Positions 46,634 to 53,557 of a stretch of 53,557 nucleotides of DNA are shown here, piece by piece. The notes under the pieces are model-generated. The model did no database searches and was not told where the DNA came from. It was given only the letters and a program-made list of their open reading frames with translations. The position numbers and the translations under genes were made by a program. The DNA comes from a bacterium (lineage in GTDB: Bacteria > Patescibacteriota > Minisyncoccia > Phycocordibacterales > UBA12079): positions 1 through 53,557 of the forward strand of contig DAOWHH010000003.1 in the NCBI GenBank assembly GCA_030641525.1, in the 5' to 3' direction. Each line of letters starts with the position of its first letter. The first letter of the stretch is position 1.

Positions 46634-49600
46634 ATGCAAAAAAATAATCCAACAATTAAAGAGGATCGCACAGCAACAAGTCATAAACATGATGAAGGTG
46701 CTCGTGTTGATTTTGATTTTATCTCTTTAAAATTAGCATCACCAGAGAAAATTCTAAAATGGTCATATGGGGAAGTGACTAAGCCTGAAACTATAAATTA
46801 CAGAACACAAAGAAGTGAGAAAGGTGGTTTATTTGATGAAAAGATATTTGGACCTGATAAGGATTATGAATGTTATTGTGGACGCTATAAAGGAATTAGA
46901 TATAAAGGAATAGTGTGTGAAAAATGTGGAGTTGAAATAACTAGATCAATTGTTCGAAGAGAAAGAATGGGACATATAGAATTAGCATCACCAGTGTCTC
47001 ATATTTGGTTTTTGAAAAGTATTCCTTCTAGAATTGCTTTAGTTTTGGATATTAATATGGGTGATTTAAGAAAGGTTATTTATTTTGCTGGCTATATAGT
47101 GACAAAGGTAAACGAAGAAGAAAGAAAAAGGATTTTGAAAGAAGTTGATTCTGAATTTAAAATAAAAATAAAAAAGTTATTAGATACTAAAACTAAAACT
47201 AAGATAAAAGAATTATTAGTAGAAGTTAAGAAAAATATAGATTCTATTCAGGAAGGAGTTGTTTTCGATGAAATTTTATATAATAAATATTCTTTTAAAT
47301 ATGGAGCAATGTTTGAAGCGGGTATAGGAGCTGAATCAATTTATGATATATGTAAAACAATTAATTTAGTTGAGTTAAAAGAACAATTAGAAAAAGATCT
47401 AGAAAAAGCTGGTTCAATCAAAAAAATTAAATTAAATAAAAGATTAGCATTGATTAGTTCTATGATAGAATCAGGAGTTCGTCCAGAATGGATGTTTCTT
47501 AGTCATATTCCTGTAATTCCACCAGCATTAAGGCCTATGGTTGTATTAAGTGGTGGTCGTCACGCTACATCAGATGTTAATGATTTATATAGAAGAGTTA
47601 TAAATAGAAATAACCGTTTGAAAAAATTATTAGAAATCAATGCACCTGATGTTATTTTAAGAAATGAAAAAAGAATTCTTCAAGAAGCGGTTGACTCATT
47701 AATAGATAATTCTATTAGATATACAGGAACTGGTGGTGCTATGAGTCAATACCAAAGAAGACCTCTTAAATCTTTAGCTGATAATTTAAAGGGTAAACAA
47801 GGTTTATTCAGACAAAATCTTTTAGGAAAAAGAGTTGATTATTCAGGTCGTTCTGTAATTGTGGTGGGTCCTCATTTAGATTTAGATCAATGTGGCTTAC
47901 CTAAAAGAATGGCTCTTGAATTATTTAAACCTTTTGTTATTTCAAGAATTTTGAAAGATGAATTGGCTCATAATATAAAATGGGCAAATCGTTTAATAGA
48001 TGAAAAATCTTCAGAGGTATGGGCTATCTTAGAAGATGTCATTAAAAATAAATATGTACTATTAAACCGTGCTCCTACTTTACATAGATTGGGAATTCAA
48101 GCTTTCAAACCTTTATTAATAGAAGGTAAATCAATTCAAGTTCATCCTTTGGTTTGTGCAGCTTTTAATGCTGACTTTGATGGCGATATGATGGCTGTTC
48201 ATTTACCTTTGACCAAAAAAGCTCAAATTGAAGCAAAAGAAATAATGACAGCTGATAAAAATATTTTGAAACCAGGAACAGGAGAACCTATAGTTGAACC
48301 AAAATTAGATATGACATTAGGTTGTTATTGGATGACTAAGATAAAAGAAGGGTCAAAAGGAGAAGGAAAATATTTCTCAAGTGTTAATGAAGCAATTACA
48401 AATTATGATTTTGGTGAATTAGACTTGAAGGCAAAAATAAATATTTTGGCACCTGATCATGAAAAATATTCAATATTTAATAAAGAGATTTTTGAAACAA
48501 CAGTAGGTAGATTATTATTTAATAGTATTTTACCAAAAGATTATCCATTTATTAATGAAGTTATTAGTAAAAAAGATTTATCCAATCTAACTTATCTTTT
48601 GATAGAAAAATATGGTATTAATAATATTTCTTCAATCTTAGGAAAAATAAAAGATTTTGGATTCAAATATTCTACTAAATCAGGAATTACATGGGGTATA
48701 GATAATATTATGATTCCTGAAGATAAAGAGAAACTTATTCTAGATGCAAAAAAGAAATCAACTGAAATATGGTCTCAATATAACGAAGGTTTACTTACTA
48801 AAGAAGAAAGACATAGAAAAAACATAGAAATTTGGCATAATACAAAAGATGATTTGGAAAAACTTATTCCTGAAACATTAGATGAAAACGGATCTGCTTA
48901 TAATATGTGGAATTCAGGAGCTAGAGGATCTCTAGGTCAATTTACTCAAATGGCTGGAATGAGAGGACTTATTCAAAATACATCAGGAGAAACTATTGAG
49001 TTTCCTGTTATTTCATGTTTGAAAGAAGGATTAACTCCTATTGAATATTTTACGACTACTCATGGTTCTAGAAAAGGTTTGGCTGATACAGCTTTGAATA
49101 CTGCTAAAGCTGGATATTTAACAAGAAAATTATTTGATGTAGCTCAAGATGTAGTTATTCTTGAAGAAGATTGTAAAACGAAAGAATATATTATTTTAAG
49201 TAAAGAAAATATTTCTGGAATAGAAATATCTCTATCTAAAAATATAAATGGAAGAGTGTTAGCTAAAGATGTGGAAGATAAAAAAGGAAAAGTTTTATTT
49301 AAAAAAGGTCATTTACTTACCAAGAATGATGCAAAAATTATTGAAGAGATGGATGTAGAAGAAGTAGCTGTTAAATCTCCAATGACTTGTAAGACTTCAA
49401 GAGGAATTTGTCAAAAATGTTATGGTGTTGATTTAGGAACTAATCAATTAATAGATCTAGGAGAAGCTGTAGGAACAATCGCTGCTCAAGCTATTGGTGA
49501 ACCCGGAACACAGCTAACTATGAGAACTTTCCATACAGGGGGAACTGCTTCAGTAGGAGGTGATATTACACAAGGACTTCCTAGAGTTGAAGAGATTTTT

Positions 49601-50356
49601 GAAAAAAGATCTCCTAAAATACCTGCTATTGTATCAAAGATAGATGGGGAAGTGACAAGTGTAATAGAAAATGAATCTGAAGAGAAGAAAATTATTATTC
49701 TTCCAGATATAGAAAGCCGTTCTACAGGTACTAAATCTAAACAAGAAACTGAGTATATTTTACCTTATAATAGAATGTCTTTAGTTAAGGTTGGAGATAA
49801 AATTAAAAAAGGAGATGTACTAACAGATGGTTCTGTTGATATTTCAGAATTATTTAAGTATGCAGGAAAGGAAAAAACTCAAGAGTATATAATTAAAGAA
49901 ACAATAAAAATTTACGAATTACAAGGAGCAGCTACTTCTCGAAAACACGTAGAAGTAATCATAAAGCAAATGTTATCAAGAAGAAAGATTAAAAGTAGTG
50001 GGGATACAAATCTTTCTGTGGGGGCAGTTGTTGAAGATTCTCAATTAAGAGATGCTAATGCAAAAGTTAAAGATAAAGGATTAACAGAAGCCAAAGCTGA
50101 ACAATTAGCTTTGGGAATAACGGAAGTTTCTCTTTCTAGAAATAGTTTTCTATCATCAGTTTCTTTTCAAAACACTACAAAAATGTTAATAAATGCTTCA
50201 TTGAGAGGAGCAGAAGATAAAATGCTTGGATTAAAAGAAAATGTTATTGTAGGAAGACTTGTTCCAGCTGGTTCTGGTTTTAAAGGAAGTAAGAAATGGA
50301 AGATGGTGCAAGGAGTTAAGGAAGATGGTGAAAATGTGAGTGAAAACGAAGATTAG
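46634..50356 (+). CDS. rpoC: RNA polymerase beta' subunit
   Basis: Zn finger, LLGKRVDYSGRS, NADFDGD, GEPGTQLTMRTFH. Confidence 0.99.
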   Translation: MQKNNPTIKEDRTATSHKHDEGARVDFDFISLKLASPEKILKWSYGEVTKPETINYRTQRSEKGGLFDEKIFGPDKDYECYCGRYKGIRYKGIVCEKCGVEITRSIVRRERMGHIELASPVSHIWFLKSIPSRIALVLDINMGDLRKVIYFAGYIVTKVNEEERKRILKEVDSEFKIKIKKLLDTKTKTKIKELLVEVKKNIDSIQEGVVFDEILYNKYSFKYGAMFEAGIGAESIYDICKTINLVELKEQLEKDLEKAGSIKKIKLNKRLALISSMIESGVRPEWMFLSHIPVIPPALRPMVVLSGGRHATSDVNDLYRRVINRNNRLKKLLEINAPDVILRNEKRILQEAVDSLIDNSIRYTGTGGAMSQYQRRPLKSLADNLKGKQGLFRQNLLGKRVDYSGRSVIVVGPHLDLDQCGLPKRMALELFKPFVISRILKDELAHNIKWANRLIDEKSSEVWAILEDVIKNKYVLLNRAPTLHRLGIQAFKPLLIEGKSIQVHPLVCAAFNADFDGDMMAVHLPLTKKAQIEAKEIMTADKNILKPGTGEPIVEPKLDMTLGCYWMTKIKEGSKGEGKYFSSVNEAITNYDFGELDLKAKINILAPDHEKYSIFNKEIFETTVGRLLFNSILPKDYPFINEVISKKDLSNLTYLLIEKYGINNISSILGKIKDFGFKYSTKSGITWGIDNIMIPEDKEKLILDAKKKSTEIWSQYNEGLLTKEERHRKNIEIWHNTKDDLEKLIPETLDENGSAYNMWNSGARGSLGQFTQMAGMRGLIQNTSGETIEFPVISCLKEGLTPIEYFTTTHGSRKGLADTALNTAKAGYLTRKLFDVAQDVVILEEDCKTKEYIILSKENISGIEISLSKNINGRVLAKDVEDKKGKVLFKKGHLLTKNDAKIIEEMDVEEVAVKSPMTCKTSRGICQKCYGVDLGTNQLIDLGEAVGTIAAQAIGEPGTQLTMRTFHTGGTASVGGDITQGLPRVEEIFEKRSPKIPAIVSKIDGEVTSVIENESEEKKIIILPDIESRSTGTKSKQETEYILPYNRMSLVKVGDKIKKGDVLTDGSVDISELFKYAGKEKTQEYIIKETIKIYELQGAATSRKHVEVIIKQMLSRRKIKSSGDTNLSVGAVVEDSQLRDANAKVKDKGLTEAKAEQLALGITEVSLSRNSFLSSVSFQNTTKMLINASLRGAEDKMLGLKENVIVGRLVPAGSGFKGSKKWKMVQGVKEDGENVSENED

Positions 50357-50412
50357 GTTAATTATTTGTTGAACAAAGGATGAAAGATAACAATTTTTAA
50401 TTTTATTTATTT

Positions 50413-52215
50413 ATGACCAATATTGAAGAAATTAAAAATAATTTGAATATAGTTGATGTTCTGGGAACATATATAAAATTAGAAAAAGCGGGTTCTAATT
50501 TTAAGGCTTGTTGTCCATTTCATAATGAAAAAACACCTTCTTTTTTTGTTTCTCCAGATAGAGGGACATATAAATGTTTTGGTTGTGGTGAAGGAGGAGA
50601 TATCTTTTCATTTGTGGAAAAATTTGAAGGAATAGATTTTAAAAGTTCTTTAAAAATATTAGCAGAAAAAGCAGGTGTAGAATTGAAAAGGGAAGATAAA
50701 AAAAAGGTAAGTGAGAAAAATAGAATTTATGATATCTTGGAAAAAACAACTACTTTTTTTGAAAAAAACTTAAAAGAGGATCCAGTTGCTATAAAATATT
50801 TAAAGGATAGAGGGGTAAACGACAGTATTATTAAACAATTCCGATTAGGCCTTACAAAAAAAGGTTGGCAAAATTTATATACTTTTTTAAAAAATAATAC
50901 TTATTCTGATATAGAAATAGAAAAAGCAGGTCTTATTAAAAAACGCGAAGGAAAAGAAGGGTTTTATGACAGATTTAGAGACAGGATAATTTTTCCTTTA
51001 TTTGATAATTCAGAAAAAGTCATTGCTTTCTCTGGACGTTCTTTTATAAGAGATAATGAAGAAGATAATCAAAATTATGTTGAACAAGCTAAATACCTAA
51101 ATAGTCCAGAAACACTGTTGTTTAATAAATCAAATATTTTATATGCGTATAATTTTGCAAAAAGAAAGATAAGAGAGATAGATTTTACAATTTTAGTTGA
51201 AGGACAAATGGATTTATTGATGTGTCATCAATCTGGATATAATAATACAGTAGCTAGTTCGGGGACATCTTTAACAATAGGTCATATACAATTATTAAAA
51301 AGATTATCAGATAAGCTTATTATTGCTTTTGATGGGGATGAAGCAGGATTTAATTCAGCCTGCAGAGTTGCTAAATTAGCTTTAGCTAATGGAATGGAAG
51401 TGAAATTGATGGCTTTATCTAACGGACTTGATCCAGCTGATGTTCTTTCAAAAGATAAAAAAGAATGGCAAGAAGCAATGAAAAACGCTAAACATATAAT
51501 TGATTATTATTTAGATAAATTAATAAATGATATAAAAGATAAAAGAAAATTAGCAAAAGAAATACAAGAAAAAGTTTTACCTTTAATATTAGTTATAGAT
51601 AGTGAAATAGGAAAATCTGTTTTTGTGGAAGATGTGGCTAATAAACTTGATGTCACTAAAGAAGCAATTTGGACAGAATTAAATAAAATAAAGATTGACT
51701 TACCAAATAATATTAAATACCATAAAAATGAATTAATTGAAGAGTTCTTTCTTAATAAACAAAAACATAAAAAACGTAATATATTAAGACAATTATCAGG
51801 AATATATTGGTGGCAAAAAAGTTTAAAAACTCCAATAATTGATTTATTAGAATTAGAGGAAAAAATAAAAAAAATAATTGGAAATGATATTTTAAATAAA
51901 ATACAAAAAATACCAGATAAGATAAAAAATGAAATAATATTTGAAGCTGAAATATTTTATGAAAAACTAGAATTATCAACAAATGACCATAACCCGCCTG
52001 CCGAACAGATAGATTCTGTGAACGGACAAAAAGAATTAAAAGAAAAGATAAACGAATTATTGATAAGTTTAGAAATAGAATTATTAAATGAAAATATGGA
52101 AAATATTATGTCAGAACAAAAGGAAGCTCAAATACAAGGAAATAAAAAAGAAGCTGAAGAAAAATTCATAATATATAATGAATTATCAAAAAAGAAAGAA
52201 AAATTAAAAAATTAA
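50413..52215 (+). CDS. dnaG: DNA primase
   Basis: [45 protein letters not shown]. Confidence 0.97.
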   Translation: MTNIEEIKNNLNIVDVLGTYIKLEKAGSNFKACCPFHNEKTPSFFVSPDRGTYKCFGCGEGGDIFSFVEKFEGIDFKSSLKILAEKAGVELKREDKKKVSEKNRIYDILEKTTTFFEKNLKEDPVAIKYLKDRGVNDSIIKQFRLGLTKKGWQNLYTFLKNNTYSDIEIEKAGLIKKREGKEGFYDRFRDRIIFPLFDNSEKVIAFSGRSFIRDNEEDNQNYVEQAKYLNSPETLLFNKSNILYAYNFAKRKIREIDFTILVEGQMDLLMCHQSGYNNTVASSGTSLTIGHIQLLKRLSDKLIIAFDGDEAGFNSACRVAKLALANGMEVKLMALSNGLDPADVLSKDKKEWQEAMKNAKHIIDYYLDKLINDIKDKRKLAKEIQEKVLPLILVIDSEIGKSVFVEDVANKLDVTKEAIWTELNKIKIDLPNNIKYHKNELIEEFFLNKQKHKKRNILRQLSGIYWWQKSLKTPIIDLLELEEKIKKIIGNDILNKIQKIPDKIKNEIIFEAEIFYEKLELSTNDHNPPAEQIDSVNGQKELKEKINELLISLEIELLNENMENIMSEQKEAQIQGNKKEAEEKFIIYNELSKKKEKLKN

Positions 52216-52216
52216 G

Positions 52217-53416
52217 ATGATTAAAAAAACAAAGAAAAAATCAATAAAAAAACCTATTGTCAAGAAAAAATCTATTTCTCGCAAAAAAACTCCTGCTAAA
52301 AAGGTGACGAAAAAAGTAATTACAAAGCAGACTAAAAAAACTAAGGGTGAGATTCAGATGGCTAAATCACAGGAATTAATAAAGAAAGGTAAAAAGGTAG
52401 GTTTTATAACCTATGATAATATCTTAAAAGAATTTCCTTTTATTGAAGATGATGTTTTGTTTTTAGAAGAATTATATGAACAATTTGAAAGTTCAGGAAT
52501 TGATGTTTTGGAAGGTGGTGGTATGTTGGAAGCAGATTCAGATATTTTACCAAAAGTTCCTAAATACGGTCGTTCTCATAATTCTATTCAAATATATCTC
52601 AAGGAAATTGGACAATATGAATTATTAACTCAATCTCAAGAGGTTAGTTTGGCGAAAAGAATTGAACAAGGAGATCAAGAAGCTAAAAATTTACTGGCTA
52701 GGGCTAATTTACGCTTGGTTGTTTCTATTGCTAAAAAATATGCTGGACGAAGTCAAGATTTAACTTTATTAGATTTAATTCAAGAAGGGAGTCTTGGTTT
52801 ATTTAAAGCTGTTGATAAATTTGATTATACAAAAGGATTTAAATTTTCCACATATGCAACTTGGTGGATTAGACAAGCTATAACTCGTGCTTTAGCGGAT
52901 CAATCTAGAACAATTAGAATTCCTGTGCATATGGTTGAAACTATAGCTAAATACAAACAAGTGTCAAGAAAATTAACTCAAGATTTAGGAAGAAAACCTC
53001 TTCCCGAAGAAATAGCTGTTGAAATGGAATTACCAATTGATAAGGTTTATAATATTTTTAGAATAGATAGAAAAATTGTATCATTAGAAAATCCTATTAG
53101 TGGTGATGGTGATAATGATGGAAAATCTACTATTGAGGATTTTGTAGCTGACGAAACAATTGTTTCTCCTGAAAAAGATTCTTCAAAAAGAATATTAAAT
53201 GATCAAATCAAAGATATTTTAGGTGATTTGAGTTCAAAAGAAAGAAAAATATTAGAAATGAGAAGTGGAATTGAAGATGGAATTAATCATACTTTAGAGG
53301 AAGTCGGTAAGGAATTTGGAGTGACACGAGAAAGAATTCGTCAAATAGAAGCTAAGGCTTATGAAAAAATTAGGCAAAGTGATAAGGTTGATAGATTGAG
53401 GAATTTGGATTTTTAA
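52217..53416 (+). CDS. rpoD: Primary sigma factor RpoD with a Lys-rich N-terminus
   Basis: [47 protein letters not shown]. Confidence 0.96.
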   Translation: MIKKTKKKSIKKPIVKKKSISRKKTPAKKVTKKVITKQTKKTKGEIQMAKSQELIKKGKKVGFITYDNILKEFPFIEDDVLFLEELYEQFESSGIDVLEGGGMLEADSDILPKVPKYGRSHNSIQIYLKEIGQYELLTQSQEVSLAKRIEQGDQEAKNLLARANLRLVVSIAKKYAGRSQDLTLLDLIQEGSLGLFKAVDKFDYTKGFKFSTYATWWIRQAITRALADQSRTIRIPVHMVETIAKYKQVSRKLTQDLGRKPLPEEIAVEMELPIDKVYNIFRIDRKIVSLENPISGDGDNDGKSTIEDFVADETIVSPEKDSSKRILNDQIKDILGDLSSKERKILEMRSGIEDGINHTLEEVGKEFGVTRERIRQIEAKAYEKIRQSDKVDRLRNLDF

Positions 53417-53557
53417 ACTTTAGTTCAACAAGTAAGTGCAACACTTCTAGTAAAATAGAAGTATATGAAATATAAACATTTGGCGATTGAAGAAAGAGAA
53501 ACGATACAAGAGATGTTGTGGCAAAAGTCTTCAATTAGAGATGTAGCTAAAGTATTA
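53417..53557 (+). mobile_element. IS30-family insertion sequence, left end plus 5' part of the transposase (ATG 53465), truncated
   Basis: Inverted copy of 1-141; begins immediately after the rpoD stop codon. Confidence 0.85.

Noticed and set aside
1-53557. Alternative genetic code 25 (TGA read as Gly)
   Set aside because: Long conserved genes are intact under the standard code, and TGA ends genes at 6951 and 40172.
1-53557. Composite transposon, or linear replicon with terminal inverted repeats
   Set aside because: The content is essential chromosomal genes, and the terminal repeats are truncated transposase starts, which is better explained by assembly breaks at a multicopy IS.
1-53557. 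tRNA or rRNA genes
   Set aside because: No cloverleaf or rRNA-like segment was recognised by eye; a tRNAscan/Infernal run would confirm.

Overview
AT-rich bacterial contig that looks like Patescibacteria/CPR (Parcubacteria-like); this is inferred from the gene set, the short RpoB, the four-domain S1, the Lys-rich RpoD N-terminus and a giant GNVGIG-repeat protein. TGA is used as a stop, so the standard code applies. Both ends carry the same 141-bp IS30-family left end in inverted orientation. Most of the window is housekeeping genes on the + strand: pth, secF, fba, rplY, rpmE-prfA, ftsEX, gap-rpiB-rpe-tkt(N), mnmA, frr, rseP, proS, mreBC(D)-mrdA, greA, lysS, rpsP and rpoB-rpoC-dnaG-rpoD, with rpsA on the - strand. 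The best candidate for an undescribed system is a REP-associated tyrosine transposase (RAYT, 28435-29103) with about 12 copies of a non-canonical double palindrome (ACCTCCGGAGGT-tga-ACCTCCGGAGGT). Copies sit in-frame inside the RAYT itself and inside mnmA. Several sister palindrome families occur as well, and some have arms that extend into locus-specific flanking DNA. Other notable items are NYN RNase genes faced by convergent promoter-terminator units (putative small RNAs) on both sides of a 3370-aa modular fibre-like gene with two S74 chaperone domains, a duplicated structured rpoB leader, and apparently leaderless housekeeping genes contrasting with SD-led orphan cassettes. All calls come from reading the sequence; no searches were run.
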